In this document: positions 24,016 to 33,127 of the stretch, piece after piece
Numbering within the stretch: position 1 is the stretch's first letter
How the letters are laid out: every line of letters starts with the position of its first letter
The notes under the pieces: model-generated
Databases searched by the model: none
Told to the model about the DNA's origin: nothing
The model's input: only the letters and a program-made list of their open reading frames with translations
Sequence record: NC_042122.1
Reading direction: 5' to 3' (one strand)
From: Enterobacter phage Ec_L1
DNA length: 51,894 nt
Program-made: the position numbers and the translations under genes

Positions 24016-24377
24016 TTACTACGATCCTGTTGTGCATTATCTTCTTTGTTTGCGGCGGCGGCTTAACCTTCCTCGCCGTTGCTGCTGGAATCCATGAGTG
24101 TGCTAAAGATGGTGTGTTAGCGGCAGCGTTCTACTCAGAAAAGCGTGGTCGCTGGGAGGTGCTCGGTAGCTACCTGACGGTAGCAGGAAAGATCAGCAAA
24201 ATCCTACGATCTAACGAGGCAGTAGAAAAGCTGCATTACGTAGAGCTTGAACCCACACCAAAGAAAAGCAAAGAGTCATTAAGCAAGCGTTTCAAAGTGA
24301 AGTTGGGCATCAAGCGATCCGGTAAAGGCTGGCGACTTGGCAAGAACAAGTCGGGCAACTTCAAGCAAAGTGAATAA
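24012..24377 (+). CDS. hypothetical membrane protein (N-terminal TM)
   Basis: N-terminal ILLCIIFFVCGGGLTFLAVAAGI; basic C-terminus. Confidence 0.45.
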   Translation: MITTILLCIIFFVCGGGLTFLAVAAGIHECAKDGVLAAAFYSEKRGRWEVLGSYLTVAGKISKILRSNEAVEKLHYVELEPTPKKSKESLSKRFKVKLGIKRSGKGWRLGKNKSGNFKQSE

Positions 24378-24384
24378 AAACTAA

Positions 24385-24405
24385 CCCGCTTCGGCGGGTT
24401 TTTTT
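24385..24405 (+). terminator. intrinsic terminator CCCGCTTCGGCGGG + T7 ending the accessory array
   Basis: The same hairpin again, now on the plus strand with a strong T-run. Confidence 0.7.
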
Positions 24406-24416
24406 TCGTCTGCAAT

Positions 24417-24425
24417 CTGGTATAA
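24417..24425 (+). promoter_or_regulatory. extended -10 promoter TGgTATAAT for packaging/late operon
   Basis: Perfect TGnTATAAT, 10 nt after terminator 24385-24405 and 28 nt before the TerS ATG. Confidence 0.55.
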
Positions 24426-24452
24426 TCAGGCAACCAACAAAGGAGCGCAAAA

Positions 24453-24983
24453 ATGAAAGACATCAAGAGCGCAAACGAGCGCATTACAGAGCGCGGCAAC
24501 TTCAAAGAGTTGTACCGCAAAAAGTATGGTGAGGTGATCTCAAGAACCAAGAGCATAACTCCAGAGCAGCTATTTGAGATGGGGGTCGCTTATTTCGAGT
24601 GGGCTGAGGCGAACCATATCAAAGCTGCTGAAACCGCATCATTCCAGGGTGAGGTTAGCGAAAGCCTGGTTCACAAGGTTCGCGTTTTCACGATCAACGG
24701 ATTCGCGCTGTTCGCTGGTTGCACCCTGAACACCCTGAACAGATATCGATCTGAACCAGGTTATGCCGAGGTGATGGAGTTCATCGACTCCGTTGTTTAT
24801 GAGCAGAAATTCCAGCTTGCAGCCAACGGCATGGTCAACCCTGGCTTTATTGGTAAAGACCTGGGAATCGACAAGCCAGCAAATATCACGGTTGAAACAG
24901 TAGCCAGCGCACAAAGCAATGCTGTTGGCACGGTTGAACAGCAGATGGAGCAGGCAGTTTCCAATGTGCTTAACAGCCTGTAA
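24453..24983 (+). CDS. putative terminase small subunit
   Basis: 176-aa ORF immediately upstream of TerL. Preceded by a terminator and an extended -10 promoter. Confidence 0.5.
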   Translation: MKDIKSANERITERGNFKELYRKKYGEVISRTKSITPEQLFEMGVAYFEWAEANHIKAAETASFQGEVSESLVHKVRVFTINGFALFAGCTLNTLNRYRSEPGYAEVMEFIDSVVYEQKFQLAANGMVNPGFIGKDLGIDKPANITVETVASAQSNAVGTVEQQMEQAVSNVLNSL

Positions 24984-24992
24984 GGAGGCTCT

Positions 24993-26555
24993 ATGTTACT
25001 GTGGGAAGATATGACCGCACAGGAAAAACTTGCGGTCAAGATGATGAGCAAGCACTCGTTTGAGAAGATGATCCGGATCTGGTTCCAGTTGCAACAGGCG
25101 CAAAAGTTCCTTCCAAACTGGCACCATTTATGGCTATGTCACGAGGTTGAGGAAATTATTGCAGGCCGAAGGGGTAACACGATCTTTAACGTCACCCCAG
25201 GCTCCGGTAAAACGGAGGTGTTCTCTATACACCTCCCTGTATACTCAATGATAAACCTCAAGAAGGTTCGAAACCTTAACATATCGTTTGCTGACAGTCT
25301 GGTTAAACGAAACTCAAAACGAGTGAGGGAAATCATCGCCTCTAAAGAGTTCCAGGAGCTATGGCCTTGCAAGTTTGCAACGTCAAAGGATGACGAAATC
25401 CAGATCCTAAACGGTGACGATAAGGTTTGGTTTGAGCTTATATCAAAGGCGGCTGGCGGTCAGATCACAGGCTCGCGCGGCGGCTATATGACTGATGGTT
25501 TTTCCGGCATGGTTATGCTTGACGATATCGACAAGCCTGACGACATGTTTTCAAAGGTAAAGCGCGAGCGAACTCACACGCTTTTGAAAAACACCATTCG
25601 ATCACGACGCATGAAGGACTCAACCCCAATCATCGCAATCCAGCAGCGGCTACACGCGCAGGACTCCACCTGGTTTATGATGAATGGCGGCATGGGTATA
25701 GAGTTTGACCAGATTTCGATCCCAGCCCTCGTAACGGAGGAATACGGCGAATCTCTACCTGACTGGTTGAAACCTCATTTCGTTAAAGACGTCTTGAGTT
25801 CGGAGTTCGTTGAAATTGACGGCGTTAAGCATTACTCATTCTGGCCTGAAAAGGAAAGCGTTCACGATCTCATAGCGTTGCGCGAGGCTGACCTTTACAC
25901 GTTTGAATCGCAGTACCAGCAGCGCCCTATTGCGCTCGGCGGCTCCGTGTTTAATGCGGATTGGTGGACGTATTACGGACACTCACTGGAAGCGCATGAG
26001 CCATACCCTGAAAAATGGGAGTACCGATTCATAACGGCGGATACCGCTCAGAAGAAAGGCGAGCTTAATGACTACTCGGTCTTTATCCTGTGGGGTCGCA
26101 AGGGTGATAAGGTCTACTTCATCGACGGCGTAAGGGGTAAGTTTGACGCGCCGGAATTGAGGACTGAGTTTGAGGCGTTCGTTAAAAAGTGCTGGCGTGA
26201 CAACAAGGCACAAGGCGTGCTACGTAAAATCTACGTAGAGGACAAAGCGAGCGGTACGGGTTTGATTCAGGATATGGAGAAGAAGCTCCCGATCAAGATC
26301 ACACCGCTACAGCGTGATAAGGACAAGGTTACTCGCGCGATGGATGCTCAGCCAGTTATCAAGGCTGGTCGCGTAGTATTGCCTGAATCTCACCCTATGC
26401 TTGCCGAGTTCGTTGCGGAGCACAGCGCTTTCACGTATGATGATACACACCCACACGACGACATCGTTGATAACACGATGGATGCAGTGAACGAGGAGCT
26501 TAACATTGCGAGCGATCCTGTCGCACGAATGAAGCGACTCGCTGGGATGAAATAA
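24993..26555 (+). CDS. terL: terminase large subunit
   Basis: 520 aa. Walker A-like TPGSGKTE and Walker B-like VMLDDID. Strong RBS taaggaggct. Located upstream of the portal gene. Confidence 0.8.
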   Translation: MLLWEDMTAQEKLAVKMMSKHSFEKMIRIWFQLQQAQKFLPNWHHLWLCHEVEEIIAGRRGNTIFNVTPGSGKTEVFSIHLPVYSMINLKKVRNLNISFADSLVKRNSKRVREIIASKEFQELWPCKFATSKDDEIQILNGDDKVWFELISKAAGGQITGSRGGYMTDGFSGMVMLDDIDKPDDMFSKVKRERTHTLLKNTIRSRRMKDSTPIIAIQQRLHAQDSTWFMMNGGMGIEFDQISIPALVTEEYGESLPDWLKPHFVKDVLSSEFVEIDGVKHYSFWPEKESVHDLIALREADLYTFESQYQQRPIALGGSVFNADWWTYYGHSLEAHEPYPEKWEYRFITADTAQKKGELNDYSVFILWGRKGDKVYFIDGVRGKFDAPELRTEFEAFVKKCWRDNKAQGVLRKIYVEDKASGTGLIQDMEKKLPIKITPLQRDKDKVTRAMDAQPVIKAGRVVLPESHPMLAEFVAEHSAFTYDDTHPHDDIVDNTMDAVNEELNIASDPVARMKRLAGMK

Positions 26556-26596
26556 CCAGAGGGGCGAAAGCCCCTCATTATCAAAGAGGGCACCAA

Positions 26597-27883
26597 ATGA
26601 AAAAGGTAAAGTCAGACGGTTATAACCAAGTATTTGGCAGCGATGACGGATCTGAGGGTTGCGGTATTGTCTCATTCCTTGGGACGGGAACGACTGCTCA
26701 AGATCCGCTTGTTGCTTTTTATTACGAAAACAACATTGCACGACGCATCGTTGATGTGATTCCTGAGGAGATGGTCGCGCCTGGGTTCAAGGTTAACGGG
26801 ATCAGTGATAACGACGCTTTTCAGTCCGAATGGACTGCCAAAAAACTTGACGCTCAGATTATTGACGCTCTTTGTTGGTCTCGTTTGTTTGGTGGCGCTG
26901 CTATACTGGCTATGGTTAATGACAGGCGTAGCCTCAAATCCGCAGTCGGTCAGGGTGCTCTTGAATCTGTTCGGGTTTACGATAAAACTCAGATCGAGAT
27001 CGCAGAGAAGGAAAAGAACCCTCGAAACGTTCGGTTCGGCCTGCCTAAGATGTACACCATCAAGCCGGAGGAGGGTCTTGAGTTTGACGTTCATTACAGC
27101 CGCCTGCACATCCTGGACGGCGATCGAATCCCAAACAAGCTGCGAAAGGATCTTAATGGTTGGGGTGTCAGTGTATTATCTCCGGATCTGGTAAAGGCCA
27201 TTAAAGACTATTCAAACTGTCATTTCCTGGCTACCGAGCTTTTGAAGCGCAAGCAACAAACGGTATGGAAAGCTAAAGACCTTGCAGCGCTTTGTGATGA
27301 CAACGATGGCATGTACGCCGCTCGCCTGCGGCTGGCTCAAGTTTCCGAAAACTCCGGAGTAGGTAAGCCAGTAGGTATTGACGCAGACGACGAGGAGTAC
27401 AACATCCTTAATAGTGACATAACTGGCGTGCCTGAGTTCATGGTCATGAAAATGGATCGCATCGTTGAATTGTGCGGCATCCATGAAATCATCATCAAGA
27501 ACAAAAACACTGGCGGCGTAAGCGCGAGCCAAAACACAGCATTGCAGACCTTCTATAAGCTGATCGAGCGCAAGCGCAAAGATGATCTTCAACCAATCCT
27601 TGAATTCCTCTTGGGATTCCTTCTTAATACGGAGGAATGGTCAGTTGAGTTTGAGCCGTTATCAATTCCGTCCGATAGCGAGAAAGCGAAAATCCTCAAG
27701 GATAACGCCGAGTCAGTTAGCAAGCTGGTAACAGATCAGGTTATGGATACGGAAGAGGCTCGCGAAACACTCGACAACATGAACCTCGGACTTAAATTTA
27801 AGACTGGCTCTCCCAAGCTACCATCACGGGAAGAGGTGAAGAAACAGCAGGCGCAGGAGAAAGAGAATGAGGATAATTCCTAA
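26597..27883 (+). CDS. portal protein
   Basis: 428 aa; sits between TerL and the MuF-like head morphogenesis gene. Confidence 0.6.
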   Translation: MKKVKSDGYNQVFGSDDGSEGCGIVSFLGTGTTAQDPLVAFYYENNIARRIVDVIPEEMVAPGFKVNGISDNDAFQSEWTAKKLDAQIIDALCWSRLFGGAAILAMVNDRRSLKSAVGQGALESVRVYDKTQIEIAEKEKNPRNVRFGLPKMYTIKPEEGLEFDVHYSRLHILDGDRIPNKLRKDLNGWGVSVLSPDLVKAIKDYSNCHFLATELLKRKQQTVWKAKDLAALCDDNDGMYAARLRLAQVSENSGVGKPVGIDADDEEYNILNSDITGVPEFMVMKMDRIVELCGIHEIIIKNKNTGGVSASQNTALQTFYKLIERKRKDDLQPILEFLLGFLLNTEEWSVEFEPLSIPSDSEKAKILKDNAESVSKLVTDQVMDTEEARETLDNMNLGLKFKTGSPKLPSREEVKKQQAQEKENEDNS

Positions 27884-28619
27884 CTGGCGCTTTCCTGAAT
27901 CAAGCGAGCGGCAATTAAGCCGCTCCTTACAGGAGGCAACAAAAGAATCCATGATCCTGATGCGTGAACGACTCGACTCATTGAAGTTTGACGCGGAAGA
28001 GTCGGAGATCGCACAGGCTGAGGAGGATTTAGAGGCGGAGATTCTTGCCATATTCCTTAGCGTAGCTTTCGGGCTTTACGCCATAGGCCGGACGATTTAC
28101 CGATTCAACTCCCAGCAATGGCTTGCAATTGCGATCGCATCTGGCGGGAAGGACAACGCCGCCGTGATGACTCTCGAAAGGTTCGGGGCGAATGAGCAAG
28201 AGCCTTGGTTTAAGCAAAAAATTGACCTGTGGGAAGGTACGGCAAGGAATAGCATAACCAAGCTGGCGAAAGACATCGTCGCTGACTGGTCAACAAACGT
28301 CAGAGTTGAGGCGATGAAAGGCGCAAGCCGGAAAGAAGTAGACGCCACAATCGAAAAGCGTTACGCAATATATGGAAGCTGGTCAAAGAATCGCGCTAGT
28401 GGTATTATTGGCACGTTCAACTCCATGCTCATGAAGCAACGACTTTATGACGCTGGGGTTGCATTCTATATCTGGCGCGGCAAGATGGACGATCGCGAAA
28501 GGGAATCTCATATTCTCCTGGAGGGTGTAAAGCGCTCCGTGTTTGGTGAGGGGATATTCCCTGGCGAGGAGTACGGTTGTCGTTGCTGGGCTGTTCCATA
28601 TTGGGGAGATAAAAAATGA
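27867..28619 (+). CDS. head morphogenesis protein (Mu gpF / SPP1 gp7-like)
   Basis: 250 aa. Mu_F-like C-terminal segment YIWRGKMDDRERESHILLEGV. Located right after the portal. Confidence 0.55.
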   Translation: MRIIPNWRFPESSERQLSRSLQEATKESMILMRERLDSLKFDAEESEIAQAEEDLEAEILAIFLSVAFGLYAIGRTIYRFNSQQWLAIAIASGGKDNAAVMTLERFGANEQEPWFKQKIDLWEGTARNSITKLAKDIVADWSTNVRVEAMKGASRKEVDATIEKRYAIYGSWSKNRASGIIGTFNSMLMKQRLYDAGVAFYIWRGKMDDRERESHILLEGVKRSVFGEGIFPGEEYGCRCWAVPYWGDKK

Positions 28620-29755
28620 AGAAGCAACGCTATGATAGCGTAAAGGTAAAGGCGCGATTCGATGAAAACGGCTTTCTTGTCGACACTCCAATCGTTGCCC
28701 GCATCGGTGCGCAGACTTACTATAAAGCCGACGGAACGCCGCGAGTAGAGTTCCGACCTGCATCCGAAGTGTTCAAAGCTGAATCGCTGGCTACCTATCA
28801 GGGCAAGCCGATTACTCTCGGTCACGTCACCGTTAGTAGCAAAAATGCCAAGGGTGTTGTCGTGGGATCTTGTTCTGGTGCTGGCGTACCTGCCGGAAAC
28901 GGGGTTGAGGTTCCGGTAACGGTTTACGATGGTGAGGCAATCGCCAAGGCCAAGAAGAAGATCGCAGCCGAATTGTCTGTAGGCTATACCTCGGTGGATA
29001 TTGAGGAACCTGGTTGGGGTTGTAACGAGACTGGCGAATACATCCTTGATAAGGACAAGAATGATTCAGATCACATTCCGGCGTCGTGGGTTCGCTTTGA
29101 TGCGTTGCAGACTGAGATCACAGTTAACCATGTGGCTATGGTTTTCCGTGGTCGCGCTGGTATCGCTAAATTAAACCTTGATAGTGAGCAGGAGTTCCCG
29201 TATGATGAGCTTGTTCCTAACAAAACTGATGAGGATTTGGAAATGAAAAAAATCAAGATTGACGGTGTTGAGTATGAGGTTCCGGTTCAGGTAGCTGCTG
29301 CTCTTGAAAAGGCTGACGCTGCTGTTTCTGGCATCTCCGTAAAAGTCGACGCGGCTGTCGACGCTGCTGTTGCTGTAATCACGGCGGAGCGAGATCAGCT
29401 TAAAGCAAAGGTTGACTCAATCCCAAGCATGATTGAAGAAGCGCTGGAAAAGGCCAAGACCGATGAGGCCGCGCTTGTTGCGCTGGTAGCTACAGCGGCA
29501 GACTTCGGCGTTAAAGCTGACGGGATGGACGCCAAAGCGATCAAGCTGGCGGTAATCAAAGAGGCATCCGGCATCGACGCTAGCGACAAAGATGACGCGT
29601 ATATCGACGCATCGTTTGATTTTGCCGTTAAGTCTGATAAAATGGCACTACAGCGAATCGCTGTAAACGGAAAAGAAAATTCCGACAAGAACGACAAAAA
29701 CGACAAAGACGACGCTGACGAGATCCCTAACCCTCAGAATCGTTTCCGTAAGTAA
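28616..29755 (+). CDS. putative scaffolding / prohead protease-like protein with Ala/Asp-rich coiled C-terminus
   Basis: 379 aa. C-terminal low-complexity AAVDAAVAV...DKNDKNDKDDADE. Position before the capsid genes. Confidence 0.45.
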   Translation: MKKQRYDSVKVKARFDENGFLVDTPIVARIGAQTYYKADGTPRVEFRPASEVFKAESLATYQGKPITLGHVTVSSKNAKGVVVGSCSGAGVPAGNGVEVPVTVYDGEAIAKAKKKIAAELSVGYTSVDIEEPGWGCNETGEYILDKDKNDSDHIPASWVRFDALQTEITVNHVAMVFRGRAGIAKLNLDSEQEFPYDELVPNKTDEDLEMKKIKIDGVEYEVPVQVAAALEKADAAVSGISVKVDAAVDAAVAVITAERDQLKAKVDSIPSMIEEALEKAKTDEAALVALVATAADFGVKADGMDAKAIKLAVIKEASGIDASDKDDAYIDASFDFAVKSDKMALQRIAVNGKENSDKNDKNDKDDADEIPNPQNRFRK

Positions 29756-29809
29756 TACCGATCAGGGAGGGTAACTCCTCCCTAAAAATCCAAATCAAGG
29801 AGAAATATC

Positions 29810-30337
29810 ATGGCTCTAATTCGTGCATCTTATACGGTTCATCGTGGTCAGGCTTACGTAGGTCAGATTGCTGATACCTCTCTTTACAACATCGACGGCG
29901 CTTGCGCTGCTGACGGTTCTGTTCCTATTGGTATCCCAGTAGCAGTTCAGGAAGTTCAGCCTATCGAAGGTCACAAGGTTGTTAAGCTGGCTGTTGATAA
30001 CTCACTTCCAGTGCTGGGCGTAACAATCATGTCACACTCAAACTCCCCTGCTGGCTCATACGACGACGGCACCGCAGTTAACGTAATGACTCACGGTCGA
30101 GTGTGGGTTCAGGCGTCAAATGACCTGACTGAAGAGCAGGCGGCATTTGACAAGGTTGTTTCGTTTGACAGCAATGGCGTTGTCGTTGACGGCGGCGCTG
30201 TTAAGACTGGTTATAAGTTCACTGGCGAGATCCTACAGGGTCAGCAGGAACCAGGCGGTCAGCCTTTCAAGCTGGTTAAAATTCAGGTTCTGCAATCAGT
30301 TGCAGCACCTTCAACTGGCGGCGGTACTGGAGAGTAA
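29810..30337 (+). CDS. head-associated structural protein (possible decoration protein)
   Basis: 175 aa; strong RBS caaggagaaatatc. Gly-rich C-terminus. Lies between the scaffold and the major capsid gene. Confidence 0.4.
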   Translation: MALIRASYTVHRGQAYVGQIADTSLYNIDGACAADGSVPIGIPVAVQEVQPIEGHKVVKLAVDNSLPVLGVTIMSHSNSPAGSYDDGTAVNVMTHGRVWVQASNDLTEEQAAFDKVVSFDSNGVVVDGGAVKTGYKFTGEILQGQQEPGGQPFKLVKIQVLQSVAAPSTGGGTGE

Positions 30338-30342
30338 TTAAA

Positions 30343-30360
30343 GGGGCGAAAGCCCCTTTT
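30343..30360 (+). terminator. terminator GGGGC-gaaa-GCCCC + TTTT
   Basis: GNRA-loop hairpin plus T-run. The same hairpin without a T-run occurs at 26559-26576. Confidence 0.55.
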
Positions 30361-30379
30361 CTGATAACACAAATAACTG

Positions 30380-30407
30380 TTGACCGTTTAACAAAAAGTG
30401 CTATTAT
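30380..30407 (+). promoter_or_regulatory. canonical sigma70 promoter TTGACC-16-TATTAT for major capsid gene
   Basis: -35 and -10 at the right spacing. Overlaps a reverse-oriented copy of the 20-bp element. Confidence 0.6.
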
Positions 30408-30457
30408 AGAGCCGTGCTCAGCCAAACGGCTCTATCAACCTAAAGAGGATAATCATC

Positions 30458-31411
30458 ATGACGATGAAACTTGATTCATTCGAACAGAACGACATTGTAA
30501 ACGGCCTCCGTAAGATGGGCGTTGAAGCAGACAAATGCGACCAGTTAGGTATTTGGACTGTTAACCAGTTGAAGCAGACGCTAAAGCGCCAATACGAAGC
30601 GATGTATCCAGAGACTTCCGCGCTCAAGCTGTTCCCAGTGACAACCGAACTCGCTCCGACAACCACTAACTTTGAGTATCTCAAGTTTGACGGCGTAGCA
30701 ATGGCGAAAATCATCGCTGACTATACCGATGACCTGCCAACTGTTGAAGCGATGTCAAGCGTTGAAACTGGCCGCGTTCACCGCCTCGGTAACGCCTGGT
30801 TAATCTCTATCGACGAGATCAAAACTGGCGCTGCAATGGGTAACAGCCTGTCAGACCGCAAAGCTACCCTAGCTCGCGAAGCTCACGAAACACTGGTTAA
30901 TAAGCTGGTATTCAAAGGCTCCAAGCCACACAAAATCGTAAGCGTGTTCGATCACCCGAACATTTCCCGAATCACTTCAGCGCCTGGCGCGTGGGCTGAT
31001 CCGGAAAAAGCAAGCGAAGAGTTGACCGACCTGATTGAGAAAATCGAAACCGTTACAAACGGCCTGCACCGTGTGACAGACATCGTAATTCCTCCTTCTC
31101 AGCGTCGACTGCTGGCTAAGCGTATGCCTGAGACCACGATGACCTATCTGGACTGGTTCAAGTCTCAGAACAACGGCATCGAAATTACTTCCATCGCGGA
31201 ACTGGAAGATATTGACGGCGCTGGCACTAAAGCGGTATTGGCTTACGAAAAATCTCCGATGAACATGTCCATCGAGATTCCGGAAGCGTTTAACATGCTG
31301 CCAATGCAGCCTAAAGACCTGCACTTTAAAGTTCCTTGCACCTCTAAAGCAACAGGCCTGATCGTGTATCGCCCTCTGACCATGGCAATGCTCATCGGCG
31401 TAGGTAAGTAA
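30458..31411 (+). CDS. major capsid protein
   Basis: 317 aa. Canonical sigma70 promoter, a 10-bp-stem 5' hairpin, a strong RBS aaagaggataatcatc and a downstream terminator, consistent with the most highly expressed head gene. Confidence 0.65.
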   Translation: MTMKLDSFEQNDIVNGLRKMGVEADKCDQLGIWTVNQLKQTLKRQYEAMYPETSALKLFPVTTELAPTTTNFEYLKFDGVAMAKIIADYTDDLPTVEAMSSVETGRVHRLGNAWLISIDEIKTGAAMGNSLSDRKATLAREAHETLVNKLVFKGSKPHKIVSVFDHPNISRITSAPGAWADPEKASEELTDLIEKIETVTNGLHRVTDIVIPPSQRRLLAKRMPETTMTYLDWFKSQNNGIEITSIAELEDIDGAGTKAVLAYEKSPMNMSIEIPEAFNMLPMQPKDLHFKVPCTSKATGLIVYRPLTMAMLIGVGK

Positions 31412-31416
31412 TAGAA

Positions 31417-31446
31417 AGCCCCTGATTAATTTCAGGGGCTTTTTTG
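31417..31446 (+). terminator. intrinsic terminator AGCCCCTGA-ttaat-TCAGGGGCT + T6 after major capsid gene
   Basis: 9-bp stem plus a T-run. Confidence 0.7.
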
Positions 31447-31463
31447 TTGACTATTCAATTCCT

Positions 31464-31469
31464 ATAATG
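31464..31469 (+). promoter_or_regulatory. -10-like TATAAT downstream of capsid terminator
   Basis: Position only. Confidence 0.3.
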
Positions 31470-31511
31470 GTAATCTACAGACCTCAACAACAAATGACGA
31501 AGGAGTCAAAA

Positions 31512-31877
31512 ATGGCTGGTTTAACCAAAGAGCAGAAAGCAGAACGAGCGGCGGCAGCAGCGGCAGCGGCGGCAGCGGAAACCGTAACCATTCCTGAGAA
31601 TGAGTTGCCTCGCGAAAATCACAAGATCGTTATCCTTGTTCATGGCCTTGTGCGAATCGGTAAAGAGGATTTCGTAACAGACGATGTTGTAGAAATCACT
31701 GACGAGCAATTGCATTCACAGGCGATCAAATATCTGTTCGTTAAAGGTTTCGTTGAGTTCCTGGATGCTCGCGATAAGACTCGCGAATACGTGAAAGAAA
31801 TCCGCTCCGGCAGCCGAATCAAAGAGCAACCAGAAAAGACGGTTGAGGAACTCGAAAAGGGCGCTGAAATCAAGTAA
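31512..31877 (+). CDS. hypothetical head/neck protein
   Basis: ATG at 31512 with RBS aaggagtcaaaa; poly-Ala N-terminal stretch. Confidence 0.45.
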   Translation: MAGLTKEQKAERAAAAAAAAAAETVTIPENELPRENHKIVILVHGLVRIGKEDFVTDDVVEITDEQLHSQAIKYLFVKGFVEFLDARDKTREYVKEIRSGSRIKEQPEKTVEELEKGAEIK

Positions 31878-31882
31878 CCTAA

Positions 31883-31910
31883 CGGGGCGCTACGGCGTCC
31901 CTTTTTTTTA
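31883..31910 (+). terminator. terminator GGGGCGC-tac-GGCGTCCC + T8
   Basis: Hairpin with one G.U wobble plus a T-run. Confidence 0.55.
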
Positions 31911-31924
31911 ACTGGAGAAAAGTT

Positions 31925-32335
31925 ATGAACGATTACCAGGAAATTTTAGTCATCATGCGCCGACTGGCTCCGCCTCTCAACAGCGTTCCAGATGAACTAT
32001 TGACGGCTTGGGTTGAGCTTGCAAGCATGTTTGTTTGTGGTCACAAGTTCAAGGATAAATACCCGCAAGCCCTCGCGCTATACACCATGCATCTTATGTT
32101 CCTTGACGGAGCGATGAAAACGGAAGATGAGGACGTTGAAAGCTATTCACGCCGGACAACGGAATATTCCCTGAGCGGTGAGTTTACTGAACGTTTCGCG
32201 AGTATCTCAAGCGAAAACCAGTCAGGGAAGGTGATTCGCTCAACACCTTGGGGCAAGATGTACGAGATCCTAAATAAGAAAATGGGCGGCGGTTTCGGAC
32301 TCATCACCGGATTTAAGAAGGGAGGTTGCCGATGA
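31925..32335 (+). CDS. head-tail connector-like protein
   Basis: 136 aa; located in the head-tail joining block. Confidence 0.4.
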   Translation: MNDYQEILVIMRRLAPPLNSVPDELLTAWVELASMFVCGHKFKDKYPQALALYTMHLMFLDGAMKTEDEDVESYSRRTTEYSLSGEFTERFASISSENQSGKVIRSTPWGKMYEILNKKMGGGFGLITGFKKGGCR

Positions 32336-32706
32336 ACTATAAGCACATTCAGAAAATGGCTACTGCTGGGATCAATCGATTCTCAGACGATAATGGATGG
32401 TTTGACATCATAATTAGCGGCGGCGGCAAGAAAGTGATTGGCGGAAAAGAGGTTGTGATTCCGGAGGAGCGTAGCGTCATCAAGGGTGCTGTTCGTGACG
32501 TAAATGATCGTGACGTCAATGGCGATTCAATTCGTGCTGGTGACAAGCGCGGATTCTTCACTTGCGATCAGGAGATCAAGCAGGGGATGAGGATAATCAT
32601 TGATGGTGAGGCTTACACTGTCGTCAACGCCAGGCCAATAAAGCCAACTGGTACTGTCGTGGCGTATCGACCAATACTAAGACGCGTGGCGGTGGCAAAT
32701 GGCTAA
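32332..32706 (+). CDS. head-tail joining protein
   Basis: ATG at 32332 with RBS gggaggttgcc. Confidence 0.4.
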   Translation: MNYKHIQKMATAGINRFSDDNGWFDIIISGGGKKVIGGKEVVIPEERSVIKGAVRDVNDRDVNGDSIRAGDKRGFFTCDQEIKQGMRIIIDGEAYTVVNARPIKPTGTVVAYRPILRRVAVANG

Positions 32707-33127
32707 TTACACAATAAAGCAGTTTCACAGCACGGTTGACGAGTGGATTAAGGCGGCTGAGAACAACCTGTTTGAGGTTGTGAAAATAGCCTGCTCAGAC
32801 ATACACCGAGACCTTGTTATGAATTCTCCGGTCGATACAGGGCGCTTCCGTGGCAACTGGCAAATCACTTACAACCACATGCCACTTTACGCCCTGAACC
32901 AGTATGACAAAGAGGGCGCGAAAACTATCGCGGAAGGTCAGAGGGTGCTCAACCTTTTCGGTAAAGGATCCGGCATAACGACTATCTATTTTTCTAACAT
33001 GCTCATCTACGCTAACGCGTTGGAGTACGGTCATTCAAAACAGGCTCCGGCTGGCGTTCTTGGTATCGTCGCTGTCAGGTTGAGATCGTACTTTGCGAAG
33101 GCGGTGAGAGAAGCGAGGGCTAAATAA
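32699..33127 (+). CDS. tail component (HK97 gp10-like)
   Basis: 142 aa; position only. Confidence 0.4.
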   Translation: MANYTIKQFHSTVDEWIKAAENNLFEVVKIACSDIHRDLVMNSPVDTGRFRGNWQITYNHMPLYALNQYDKEGAKTIAEGQRVLNLFGKGSGITTIYFSNMLIYANALEYGHSKQAPAGVLGIVAVRLRSYFAKAVREARAK

